This document shows positions 20,537-30,611 of a DNA stretch of 64,000 nt, piece by piece. How positions within the stretch are numbered: the stretch's first letter is position 1; every line of letters begins with the position of its first letter. The position numbers and the translations under genes are program-made. The stretch spans positions 32,001 to 96,000 of the forward strand of contig JBCBZT010000005.1 in the NCBI GenBank assembly GCA_039815185.1, written 5' to 3'. The notes beneath the pieces were generated by a model. The model was not told the DNA's origin. It searched no databases and saw only the letters and a list, made by a program, of their open reading frames with translations. This DNA comes from Cyanobacteria bacterium P01_A01_bin.123 (GTDB lineage Bacteria; Cyanobacteriota; Cyanobacteriia; Phormidesmidales; Phormidesmidaceae).

Positions 20537-23500
20537 CTAACCTGACTGATTGAGATAAGCAGACAAACAGGTAGGGGTTGTTTTAGTCCGCAGCTCGACA
20601 ATCCCGTGAGACAGGGGTGGATCAGAGAACAGCTTTTCTAACTTTTGGCGATCGATTGATCGAGGACGTTCAGCACTTAAGCGTAACAACCCTTTGCAAA
20701 TTAGATCGCTCAGATACGCCCGGTTAGCCGGTGTGGCTAACATCTGCCATTGCGGCTGAAGACGTTGAACCGTCTGCATGAGTTGATAGAGTTCTTCATT
20801 GATCTGATAAGTGGTGAAATAAGGGTTATCGGGCACAAAAAGTTCAATCTTTCGGCCAATGCCATCTATCCCTTCTTCCACACGAAACCGTAATTCTGGT
20901 AAAAGCGAAAGAAAGGATGTTTCGTGAGCGGTCGATTGCAATCGTTTCCGTTGTTGAAAATACTCCCGCACAAACCCATGGATGGGCTGTGTTGGATTAT
21001 GGATGGTTCTACAGAAGTAAGAACTGGTTTGTCCCCCAGGCTGCTGGCTGATCAAGATATAGCCAAAATTAACGGCCCTTAGCCCAGCCTGATGAAAATT
21101 ATCAAGCCATTGCTCAAGTTCACTGTTATACGCCTCAAGGGTTTGAGCAAAGGGAGCATGACTGTGGGGTACCGAAAACAGGATATCGTCACGGTCTGCT
21201 GTGCAGAGAACAAGCTGGTCAGCAGGGCCACCGCCCCACCATTGAGCCAATTTGGTTTCGTAGGTCTTGATATCGACCAGATCAGTGACGATAAAGACAC
21301 ACCCCTCGCTATTGAGATGCGCAGCGCTACCGCGAATGATGGCTGCTAGAATCTCTTCTCCAGTCGTGCCACCATCACGGAAACCAAGATTTTGCTTAGG
21401 GCTAGGCACAAAGGGAGGATTGGCTAAAATCGTGTCAAATTGCTGATCCGCGATCGGCTCATACAAACTTCCCTGGCAAAATTGAATGTTGCGGATATCG
21501 TTTAGCTGGGCGTTAAATCGAGCAAATCGAATTGCCCGTGGGTTGATATCCACTGAGGTGACCTGTTGCGCGTAGCGACTCGCCACCAACCCTTGGATGC
21601 CACCACCGCAACAGAGGTCAAGGACTTGCTTTGCTTGATATCGCGGGGCAGTGTAGACCAAACCCTGACTATCAGCCCCGACGTACATGACTGGATTTTC
21701 AGTGATGGCGTCTTCTGCCAACAGCATGTAGCGGTGATCAGTGGCAATATATAACCCCTCTACACAGAATAGGTCAATGCGTGAAGCCCATTGATCGGCT
21801 CGACAAATGAACACTCCCAACTGAATCAGCAGTTCAACCAGCTGATCACCCAATAATGCGTTAAGCCGTTCTTGGGGTAGCGCAACCCGCAGTAGAAACA
21901 GGCGGATCAGATCGTCAAGATCGCTTTGATCGAGTTTATAGCGATCATAGTAATGTAGATGCGTCGGCTCAATAGCCTGTAAAGCATCCAGGTCTAACCG
22001 CTGACAAATCGTCTCCAGGGTGTAGCCAGCCTGCTGTAGACAAGATCGCAATTGGCCCAACTGGTCTCTCAACGAGAATCGGTCATCCCTGAACGGGGCT
22101 AGGGTTTGGGTGATGCCTGAGGGCAATGGAGAATCTGTTGCTGTTGCGGTGGTAGGTAGGTAGGCCGATTCAACACCATACTGGGTGAATTGTTCTTTGG
22201 CCCAAACTAGCTTTTGTGCCAACTCTGCATGGGTGAGACAACAGTCTAAGCGAATCTTTTCCTGCCAATCTGTTTGGTGTGAGAGCACTGCCATTAGAAG
22301 TTTGACTTCATCAAGACTATAAGCAGCAGCCTGAGCAAGCCCCTGGTTGAGAAATCGACAAGACCGCCTACTATTGACTTTAGCCGTGAGCCTGACCACG
22401 CTACTAAACCCGTGGCTGCTTAAAGGTTTTAGCGCTGTTGCCTCAGGGTTAGCGCGAGTGGCTTGCTTAAGTTCACGGCCTGGCAAAGCTTGAAGCTCTT
22501 TAAACGCAGCATGCCCCTGGGTAGATAAATCCACCAGTGTTGACTTCCCCAGCGGATCGAGCATCCAAACCACATCTTCTGATACTCGCGTTTTGAGGGG
22601 GCCAACAAAGGGCGTTTCGGGAAACAGAACGCTGGTTTCTTTGTAGCGAGCCCCCCGAAAAGAGAGTGACTTTAATTCTGTGTCTGTCCAGGGACAGTTT
22701 TCACGTTCTCCAAAGAACAAGGCGCGATCCAGTTTAGCCATGAGCTCAGTCACCGCCGGCTGGTTAGGTGGCAACCCCTGGGGAATGGGAGTGGGGTTTA
22801 CTTTAGACAAATGTTCTTCATAGTTTTGAACCCGCACATGCCGTTTAGAAATCCAAACGTTTTCAATCGCTAGGTAATCAATATCGGTGTTTAAAAAGGT
22901 TTGAATCGCCTCTGCAGGGGTTTCAACAATGGGCTGTCCAGCGACATTGAAACTTGTATTCAGCAATATCGGTGGGCCTTGGCGCTGTTCTACGAGTCGA
23001 TGACATAGTTGATAAAAGTAAGGGTTGTCATTTGCGGTGACCGTTTGCACACGCCCTGTCCCATCAACATGGGTTACTGCTGGAATCTGATCGCGTAGTT
23101 CCGGCTTAATGGGGGCAACCATGAGCATAAACGGGGAGTCAGCCGTTAACTCGAAAACGTCGGCAACCGACTCCCGGGGGATAACCGGGGCAAAGGGACG
23201 AAAGGCTTCACGGAATTTGACCCGAGCATTCAAAATGTCTCGCATCCGCTGAAAAGTTGGATCAACCATAATAGAGCGATGCCCTAGCGCTCGAGGCCCA
23301 TACTCAGACCCACCCTCAAACCGGGCAACAATATGGCCTTTAGCTAACGCCTGGGCACTCCGATCAAGCATCTCTGCTGGTGTTAACGATTCAAAGTCGA
23401 TTGCCGCTTCAAATTGATGAACTGCTTGCTCAACTTGTGTTGAGCTGTAGGGATGTCCCAGAGTTGCTTGGGTCAGCCGAGGGCGCTTACATCCGCCCTG

Positions 23501-24517
23501 ATGCGCATAGGCCCACAGGGCCGCGCCAGCTGCAATACCACTATCCCCCGCTGCCGGGAAAACAAAAATATCTTCCAACCCTAGATTTTGAAAGAGTTTG
23601 TAGTTGGCGACTGAGTTTAACCCCACGCCACCTGCAATGCAGAGTTTTTTCAGGCCAGTTTGCGCGATCGCGACCTGAATAATATGCTGCAAAGCCTTCT
23701 CAAGCTCGTCTTGAACCTTATAGGCTAAATCAACGAGATAGGGACGGAGGTAAGGCTTGCCTTCGCCAGTATCGTACTTTTTCTCTAGGGCAGCAATTTC
23801 TAAAAAGATATCGTAGGGCGAAATCGAAAGCTCCAAGCTATTTTCTATCGGATTGATCCACGAATGAAAGTTGACCTGCTCACCGCCAAAGGGAGCGAGC
23901 CCCATGAGCTTGCCCGCCTCTGCATGACTAACCTGGGTATTGCCCACTTTGGTTGCAAAGCCAGCTTTGCGGGTGACATATTCGTAGACAAACCCTAACG
24001 TTGATAGCCCAGCCAAATGGGCAGGTACGGTTTCACTGTGAAGCGTTGTCAAAGTTTGCCCATGCCCCTTATACAAGGTGTAGGATTCGGTGCGATGCTC
24101 AACATCGGTGCTGCCTGTCGCATCGGCAACTAATACCAGTGCCTGATCAAATCCAGAGGGCCAATAGGTTGAATAGGCGTGGCCTAGGTGGTGGTTGGGC
24201 AGGGCAATCACCTTGTCAGCGATTTCTGCGGGGAAGACATTGCGCATAATTTCGGGCGCAAAGTCGTACCCTGGCATATTGGCAGTGATCGAAGCAAGCT
24301 CATCCAGGGTAATACCACAACTATCTAAGCAGTACCGAATCGCCTCATGAGGGGGCTGCATTCGAGCGGCAATCCCAGGCGCCTGTAGCATAAAACCAAT
24401 ACTATACTTCTGACGATCTAATCGTTCTTGCTCAATGGCAACGACAATTTTTCCATCTTTGACAAGGGCTGCTGAACGTTCGTGGCCGAGATTAATTCCG
24501 AGATGGTATTGAGACAT
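20537..24517 (-). CDS. Carbamoyltransferase (NodU/CmcH/TobZ family) fused to class I SAM methyltransferase
   Basis: EQERLDR.K, HHLGHA, AGGVGLN, GPRALGHRS, KFRE.FRPFAP, LLNTSFN; C-terminal LDLCCGGG and NPPF. Confidence 0.9.
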   Translation of the reverse strand: MSQYHLGINLGHERSAALVKDGKIVVAIEQERLDRQKYSIGFMLQAPGIAARMQPPHEAIRYCLDSCGITLDELASITANMPGYDFAPEIMRNVFPAEIADKVIALPNHHLGHAYSTYWPSGFDQALVLVADATGSTDVEHRTESYTLYKGHGQTLTTLHSETVPAHLAGLSTLGFVYEYVTRKAGFATKVGNTQVSHAEAGKLMGLAPFGGEQVNFHSWINPIENSLELSISPYDIFLEIAALEKKYDTGEGKPYLRPYLVDLAYKVQDELEKALQHIIQVAIAQTGLKKLCIAGGVGLNSVANYKLFQNLGLEDIFVFPAAGDSGIAAGAALWAYAHQGGCKRPRLTQATLGHPYSSTQVEQAVHQFEAAIDFESLTPAEMLDRSAQALAKGHIVARFEGGSEYGPRALGHRSIMVDPTFQRMRDILNARVKFREAFRPFAPVIPRESVADVFELTADSPFMLMVAPIKPELRDQIPAVTHVDGTGRVQTVTANDNPYFYQLCHRLVEQRQGPPILLNTSFNVAGQPIVETPAEAIQTFLNTDIDYLAIENVWISKRHVRVQNYEEHLSKVNPTPIPQGLPPNQPAVTELMAKLDRALFFGERENCPWTDTELKSLSFRGARYKETSVLFPETPFVGPLKTRVSEDVVWMLDPLGKSTLVDLSTQGHAAFKELQALPGRELKQATRANPEATALKPLSSHGFSSVVRLTAKVNSRRSCRFLNQGLAQAAAYSLDEVKLLMAVLSHQTDWQEKIRLDCCLTHAELAQKLVWAKEQFTQYGVESAYLPTTATATDSPLPSGITQTLAPFRDDRFSLRDQLGQLRSCLQQAGYTLETICQRLDLDALQAIEPTHLHYYDRYKLDQSDLDDLIRLFLLRVALPQERLNALLGDQLVELLIQLGVFICRADQWASRIDLFCVEGLYIATDHRYMLLAEDAITENPVMYVGADSQGLVYTAPRYQAKQVLDLCCGGGIQGLVASRYAQQVTSVDINPRAIRFARFNAQLNDIRNIQFCQGSLYEPIADQQFDTILANPPFVPSPKQNLGFRDGGTTGEEILAAIIRGSAAHLNSEGCVFIVTDLVDIKTYETKLAQWWGGGPADQLVLCTADRDDILFSVPHSHAPFAQTLEAYNSELEQWLDNFHQAGLRAVNFGYILISQQPGGQTSSYFCRTIHNPTQPIHGFVREYFQQRKRLQSTAHETSFLSLLPELRFRVEEGIDGIGRKIELFVPDNPYFTTYQINEELYQLMQTVQRLQPQWQMLATPANRAYLSDLICKGLLRLSAERPRSIDRQKLEKLFSDPPLSHGIVELRTKTTPTCLSAYLNQSG

Positions 24518-25018
24518 TAGGGTAGATAAGGGTAGATGCACTAATCAAAATATGTGAAAAATTCTGGATTTCCTAGGGTAAGGTGAAACCAAAAGTGATC
24601 ATCTGCTTAAGATGGAGCGTTTGAGTCAGGTCAGCATAGACTGTAAGACAGGCACAGCTCTACCGTTGTAAGAAGGCCTGGATTAAGTTGAATTCCAACA
24701 TTCCGACTTCAGATCTCGAGTTCTAGATCTTGAGTTTTAACGTGGAAATAACATCCCAACTCAAACAAACCTCATCCACAGGAACAGCGGTATTATGGGG
24801 CGGTTTTGCTTGTTCTCTGAAATGAGGTGAACTAATAATTAGAGACGATACGGGGGCATTGAACCTAGGCAGTTGAGGGTATTCTAACTGGCGGGTTCTC
24901 TAACGACCATTACTCCCAATGACCCTGGCAATGGGAAAATCAAGGAAGAGAGCTGCAAGGTAGATAGAGCCTATAGTTGTGCCGAGAACGGCCAAGTGGC
25001 AAATTCAGTTTGTCCATT

Positions 25019-25122
25019 TATAGCGCTGGCCAGATTGCTTAATACACCGAGTGTTGCTGGGATGCTCAGCACAACAGCAATCTGGCTCGCAGTAGCCACA
25101 AAGCTTTGTGGCTACTGCCATA
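25019..25122. repeat. ~104-bp structured dispersed element, copy 3
   Basis: Same sequence family and orientation as copies 1 and 2. Confidence 0.85.
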
Positions 25123-25154
25123 CCTAGACCACAATAGACAAAGCGCACCAGCAG

Positions 25155-25982
25155 TTACGCTGCTGATTTCATCACCGGAAACTGAATTTCAGTCACGTAA
25201 TCCGGGTTGTCTTGTTCCGCACCACCTTTGAGATAGAGTTCTCGGTTAGCGCCAACAATCTGATAGCCATGTTCTTCAATCCATTTCACAATTGCCCCAT
25301 AGGCTTGATTGAGGTTGCTGTAAGCGCCCCGGTGAATCACTGATGCCACCAAGTCCAATGCGGGTAAATCGCTAACCTGAACCCGAGCATTTCCCTTGAG
25401 GGCCTTAGGAACCACGACTATGGCTTCTGCATCCACATCTTTCTCCTTATATTCGGGATCATGCCAGATGGCAGCACAGTAGGCCTGCGGCTCCATCTGA
25501 TGCTGCTCCAGATAGGCCATAATCTCATTAAACAGCTGCCCGATTGAGGTATAAGCTGGGATGATTTCTCTAATAGTGGCGACATGATGGATCGGTTCGA
25601 CTGATTTGAGAACCACTTCGTAATTAGGCATTGTTTCTTCCTCTTTGAGGTATTTCAAGTGAGCATCGACAATGGCCAAGCGGTGTTGTGCCTCTATCAG
25701 TTGTCCTTGGAGTTCTACTTGCTTAAGTTGCAACATGGCCTGTATCTGACTCAGCGACAGGTTGTTGTTGAGTAATTGACCAATTTGCTCTAGCGATAAC
25801 CCCATTGCCTTGAGGGCAAGAATGTGGTGCAAACGGGATAATTGCTCAACTTTGTAATAGCGGTAACCCGTATCGACATCGACCTGGGCTGGCTTTAGCA
25901 AGTTACGTTGGTCATATAGCCTCAGGGCTTTGATAGAAACTTGCCCCAAGCGTGAAAAGGCGCTGATTTTGTAGAGGCTCAT
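25155..25982 (-). CDS. MerR family regulator with GyrI-like effector domain
   Basis: KISAFSRL..VSIKALRLYD...TGYRYY; C-terminal HRGAY...RELY...TEIQFP. Confidence 0.92.
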   Translation of the reverse strand: MSLYKISAFSRLGQVSIKALRLYDQRNLLKPAQVDVDTGYRYYKVEQLSRLHHILALKAMGLSLEQIGQLLNNNLSLSQIQAMLQLKQVELQGQLIEAQHRLAIVDAHLKYLKEEETMPNYEVVLKSVEPIHHVATIREIIPAYTSIGQLFNEIMAYLEQHQMEPQAYCAAIWHDPEYKEKDVDAEAIVVVPKALKGNARVQVSDLPALDLVASVIHRGAYSNLNQAYGAIVKWIEEHGYQIVGANRELYLKGGAEQDNPDYVTEIQFPVMKSAA

Positions 25983-26008
25983 AACGCTGTGACACCATCA
26001 ACGATTTG

Positions 26009-26039
26009 AGTAAACACCCTGCCCCAAGGGTAAAGTCAA
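26009..26039 (-). promoter_or_regulatory. MerR-type promoter (19-bp spacer with dyad)
   Basis: Minus strand TTGACT-ttACCCTtggggcAGGGTg-TTTACT: 19-nt spacer holding an ACCCT/AGGGT dyad, just upstream of the MerR gene. Confidence 0.65.
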
Positions 26040-26187
26040 GGGAGATGACAACTAAATTGAATATTGTCATGTTGAGTTTGTACCAAAAGACCACGAGTCC
26101 CTCAGTAGCGTAAGCGTGAACCTGCTGCAAGGATTCAGCTCTTGATAGCGAAAACAACGCTGCCAAATTAAGTTCTGAACATCTTTT

Positions 26188-26775
26188 TTAGACTGCCAAC
26201 TCCTGATGGCGAAAGCAATCTGTGGTGTGGTCATTGACTAAACCAGTCGCCTGCATAAAGGCGTAGCAGATCGTCGGGCCGACGAACTTGAAACCGCGTT
26301 GCTTTAAATCTTTGCTCATGGCACGAGACTCTGGTGTCTCGGTGGGGACATCAGCCAGGGTAGCCCAAGTATTTTGAATCGGTTGCCCACCGACAAAGCC
26401 CCATAGGTAGGTGGCAAAGCTGCCCTCTCTGGCCTGGAGTTCAAGGAACGCTTCGGCATTTTTCACCGCAGCCTGAATCTTGAGCCGATTACGCACGATG
26501 CCTGCATTTTGCATCAACGCAGCGATTTTTTGATCGCCATAAGCTGCCATCAACTGGGGGTTGAAATTGTCGAAGGCAACCCGATAGTTTTCTCGCTTTT
26601 TGAGAATCGTAATCCAGCTCAAGCCCGCCTGAAATCCGTCAAGCAACAGATGCTGAAACAACAGCTCGTCATCACGAACCGGTATTCCCCATTCGCAATC
26701 GTGATACTGAATGTAGAGTTCATCTTGCCCTACCCAGGCGCAGCGATGGGGCGACGATATAGCCGAATTTGACAT
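26188..26775 (-). CDS. tag: DNA-3-methyladenine glycosylase I
   Basis: RCAW, YHDCEWG, QAGLSW.TIL.KR, GFKFVGPT, NDH...C. Confidence 0.93.
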   Translation of the reverse strand: MSNSAISSPHRCAWVGQDELYIQYHDCEWGIPVRDDELLFQHLLLDGFQAGLSWITILKKRENYRVAFDNFNPQLMAAYGDQKIAALMQNAGIVRNRLKIQAAVKNAEAFLELQAREGSFATYLWGFVGGQPIQNTWATLADVPTETPESRAMSKDLKQRGFKFVGPTICYAFMQATGLVNDHTTDCFRHQELAV

Positions 26776-26838
26776 ACCCCTAGCCTAAGCCCATCAGCGA
26801 TTACCGTTCACTCAAAGTAGCCTTCTGCCTAACCCACC

Positions 26839-27897
26839 CTAACGCGACAGGCGACTTACCCGCCAGCCGGTATAGCTCAACAGAGCTGTCGCGCCCATAG
26901 CATAGGCCCATCCACTGGGAATGTCTGCAAAGGCCAAGGCCAAACTGCCTACCCATAGGGTAAGCGCATAGATAAACAAGACCGTCCAACGGTGGGAAAG
27001 CCCTGCTTTGAGGAGGCGGTGGTGCAGGTGGCGCTTATCGGCAGCAAAAGGCGATAGCCCACAGCGCAGACGATCGAAAATGACCGCCGACATATCCAAA
27101 AGCGGGACTGCCAGGATGATGTAAGGCAAGAAAACCGCAGCCGTCGTCACGCTTTTTACTAAGCCAATAACACCAACGCCAGCTAGGGTAAACCCCATAA
27201 AGTAGGCACCCCCATCCCCCATGAAAATTTGAGCCGGGTTGAAGTTGTAGCGCAGAAACCCCAATGCCCCGCCCGCTAAGGCAGCGGCAATTAATGCGGC
27301 TGCAGGCTGGTTCATAAACAGACTCACCACCAGCATAATCACTGCGGCGATGCCAGAGACCCCAGCGGCTAGCCCATCTAAACCGTCAATCCAGTTAATA
27401 GCATTGGCCATACCTACCAACCAAATAATGGTGACGGGTAAACTCACCCACATGGGTAAGGAGACTAATCCGTGCAGCGGGATAGATAGAAAATCAATAC
27501 TGACCCCTACTTTCCAGGCTAAGCCAGCCACAACCGCTTGCATAAATAACCGACTAATGGCGGACAAACTAAACAGGTCGTCTAACAGCCCAATTAAGAA
27601 AAAGGCGAGGCCACCTAAGGTCACGCCCCAAATCTGATATTCCGCAACGGGGGGCAGATGTTGGCCATCTGCTCCAATGAACCCCCCGCTCCCCCAAACA
27701 ATGAGTAGCGCTAATAGGGTGCCTAGGAAAATTGAAATGCCGCCCAGGCGAACCATAGGTTGTTTATGAACTTTGCGTCCTCCTGGCAGATCAAATCGGC
27801 CACTCTTGAGTCCAATCTTTTTGATCAGGGGAGTTGTCAGCAGAACCACAATGGCAGAAACGGCAAAGGCAAGGACGTGATACAGGTTAGAAGGCAT
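26839..27897 (-). CDS. Undecaprenyl-phosphate GlcNAc-1-P transferase (WecA/MraY family)
   Basis: GLLDD, NWIDGLDGL, FMGDGG, HLHHRL motifs. Confidence 0.92.
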   Translation of the reverse strand: MPSNLYHVLAFAVSAIVVLLTTPLIKKIGLKSGRFDLPGGRKVHKQPMVRLGGISIFLGTLLALLIVWGSGGFIGADGQHLPPVAEYQIWGVTLGGLAFFLIGLLDDLFSLSAISRLFMQAVVAGLAWKVGVSIDFLSIPLHGLVSLPMWVSLPVTIIWLVGMANAINWIDGLDGLAAGVSGIAAVIMLVVSLFMNQPAAALIAAALAGGALGFLRYNFNPAQIFMGDGGAYFMGFTLAGVGVIGLVKSVTTAAVFLPYIILAVPLLDMSAVIFDRLRCGLSPFAADKRHLHHRLLKAGLSHRWTVLFIYALTLWVGSLALAFADIPSGWAYAMGATALLSYTGWRVSRLSR

Positions 27898-28369
27898 CTG
27901 GGCTTAAAAAATAAAGTTCAAAGGATAGAGGGATAAGCAACGGATGCACTAAGACAGAACTCGCATGGGATACGGTCGTCGTAGCAGGGTTTAGCTAGAT
28001 GCATTGCCCAAATTCAGAACGGTTAGCTATTCCATGGAATAGCGTCCTGTTTTGCATTGAGCTTAAGTTAAATTGGCACTTTGGGGTACGATAGCGCCGC
28101 TAATTTTGAAACTTAATATGTCAAATTCAAAAAACCCACGCAGATTATGACAGATTCCTAACCCAATGCAACAGGTTAATCTCTATCAAATCGTCATGGG
28201 TTGTAGACTTAACTCAATTTAAAGCCCAACTTTGCTGCCGTTCACAGAGGGCTGAGGCTAGCGGATATGTCAGCCAATCCTGCGATTAATAGGCGGAGAG
28301 ACCCAACACTATGGGTGACTTCCCGCCGTAATCTGAAGCCCTGAAGCGGAATCTATGCAGCTAGCTGTT

Positions 28370-29653
28370 TTAGGCTAAGACTGGCACGGGGATGGAAAGG
28401 TGGGGATAGAGCGGAAAGCGATCGCAGAGAGCAGCTACTCGCTGACGGCAACCTTGGGTTGTGGCGTCATTGTCGGGGTCTAACAAGCGATCGGCAATAA
28501 TGTTAGCGATTTCCACAAATTCATCAGTCCCCATGCCGCGGGTGGTCATGGCTGGGGAGCCCAACCGCAGTCCGCTGGTCACAAAGGGAGACTCTGGATC
28601 AAAAGGCACGGTATTTTTATTGGCGGTGATGTTCACTGCACTGACCAGCTGATCGGCTCGCTTGCCAGTCATGCCAATGGAGCGTAGATCAACCAACACT
28701 AGGTGATTATCTGTTCCGCCAGATACCACTTTAAAGCTGCGGGTTTGCAGTTGTGCTGCTAGGGCCTTGGCATTTTCAATCACTTGGGCCGAATAGGTCT
28801 TGAAGTCGGGTTTGAGGGCTTCACCAAAAGCCACAGCCTTGGCCGCGATTACGTGCTCTAAAGGCCCCCCCTGACTACCGGGGAATACGGCCTTATTAAA
28901 CTTTTTGCCCAATTCGGCATCGCGGGTCAAAATCAGGCCACCGCGGGGACCGCGCAGGGTTTTATGGGTCGTTGTGGTGACCACGTCGCAATAGGGTACG
29001 GGGTTGGGATGCAGCCCAGCGGCGACTAACCCTGCAATATGGGCAATGTCGGCCATCAGATAGGCCCCAACTTCGTCAGCGATCGCGCGGAATTTGTCAA
29101 AGTGAATCGTACGCGGGTAAGCCGAGTAGCCACAGATAATCATCTTCGGACGATGCTGTAAGGCTAGTTCACGAATCTGGTCGTAGTTGAGCTGCTCGGT
29201 CTCGGGGTCAACACCATACTGCTCGACTTTGAACCATTTGCCCGACACATTCACTGGAGAACCATGGGTCAAGTGCCCACCATGGGACAAATCCATGCCC
29301 AAAATCATGTCCCCTGGCTGTAATAGGGCTAAGAACACTGCAAAGTTCGCCTGGGCACCGGAGTGGGGTTGCACATTGGCATGGGCTGCCCCAAATAATT
29401 CTTTGACCCGATCAATGGCCAGTTGTTCAACCTGATCGACAAACTCACAACCCCCGTAGTAACGCTTTCCGGGTAGACCCTCAGCATATTTATTCGTCAG
29501 TGAAGATCCTTGAGCTGCCATCACCGCCGCTGATGTGAAATTCTCGCTAGCGATCAACTCTAAGTGGTCGCGCTGCCGCTGAAGCTCATGGCGAATCATA
29601 TCCGCGATCGCAGGGTCAGCATCAATCAAAAAATCTAGGTTAGTTTGCGGCAC
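28370..29653 (-). CDS. glyA: Serine hydroxymethyltransferase
   Basis: [32 protein letters not shown]. Confidence 0.98.
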   Translation of the reverse strand: MPQTNLDFLIDADPAIADMIRHELQRQRDHLELIASENFTSAAVMAAQGSSLTNKYAEGLPGKRYYGGCEFVDQVEQLAIDRVKELFGAAHANVQPHSGAQANFAVFLALLQPGDMILGMDLSHGGHLTHGSPVNVSGKWFKVEQYGVDPETEQLNYDQIRELALQHRPKMIICGYSAYPRTIHFDKFRAIADEVGAYLMADIAHIAGLVAAGLHPNPVPYCDVVTTTTHKTLRGPRGGLILTRDAELGKKFNKAVFPGSQGGPLEHVIAAKAVAFGEALKPDFKTYSAQVIENAKALAAQLQTRSFKVVSGGTDNHLVLVDLRSIGMTGKRADQLVSAVNITANKNTVPFDPESPFVTSGLRLGSPAMTTRGMGTDEFVEIANIIADRLLDPDNDATTQGCRQRVAALCDRFPLYPHLSIPVPVLA

Positions 29654-30027
29654 AGGCTCAAATCTCCCAGGAATGCTTAATTTCGCATCTCAAACAACCC
29701 TCACCCTAGTAAAGGTTTGGTGTTGAGTAACTGATCATAACCTTCAATTTAAGATTTTTGTATCCCACATTTGGACCGCCCCTGACAGACGTAAGCGAAC
29801 CCTTGACCCCATCCAGACTGAATGTTTCCCTTCCGTTAACATTCAAGCTTTCAAACGGGATGGGCGTCATGCTTGTCAAGGCAACTCATTGCTGAAAGTG
29901 CATCTGGAAACCATAGAAAAGCTACGGATTGGCCACTTAAAATCTCAAAATGTAACGCTTTGCAACATATAATGAAAGGGTTACGAAATCAGCAAAATTG
30001 CTGAGTCAGCTTGAGGGGTAAGCGTAA

Positions 30028-30396
30028 ATGCAAGTTGCGATCGCTGGGGCTAGTCTGGTCGGATTATCGAATCTTAAGTCTTGGATTGATGCAGGGTGCA
30101 CACCTACTGTGCTAGAGCGTTTGAATGTGCTGGGGAGCAATACCTGTCGCGAATTTGCCACCCCCGAAGAATCGAATTATGAGGCTACCCCAAGCCAGCC
30201 AGCTTACTGTCTTAGTTTAAAGAGCCCAGATGCCAATTTTTGCTTGACTGGGGACTATGCCATGCCGCGATATCTTGCGAATATGGAAGTAACGGTCTTA
30301 TCAGGTAAGCTAACAGCGCAGGCGATCGCTTATCGCCCTGTATGCTTCCCGGTAGCAGAGGGATCTATCTTTAAACTTGAGCCCCCTGGAGTTTAG
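30028..30396 (+). pseudogene. crtP: Degenerate phytoene desaturase remnant (N- and C-termini joined in frame)
   Basis: MQVAIAGASLVGLS...DAG.TP.VLER..VLG resembles the Pds N-terminus; NF.LTGDY.M.RYLA.ME..VLSGKLTAQAI resembles the Pds C-terminus; only 122 aa; upstream of crtB. Confidence 0.8.
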
Positions 30397-30611
30397 GGGT
30401 CAAACAGCCAAATCTGACGTAGATCTTGGTGCTTTAACCAACATATCTATGGGGTTGACCTTAAATTTGGTTTGAGATTAGGGTTTATCCTTAAGCGGCG
30501 AGTTCAGTTTATCCATCGCTGGCAGCTTACCCCAAGCCCATTGAGTTTGCTTTGATCCAGTGCCCTGTCCTGCTTAACGCTTCCCTGTCCACATGCCAGC
30601 TTGGGATATTG

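Noticed and set aside
24545..25015. RiPP precursor or riboswitch upstream of the carbamoyltransferase
   Set aside because: Manual minus-strand translation gave only short ORFs without RBS or precursor features; no riboswitch consensus recognised
18451..25122. Canonical attC sites or CRISPR repeats for the 104-bp elements
   Set aside because: No RYYYAAC/GTTRRRY ends, kilobase spacing, no integron integrase
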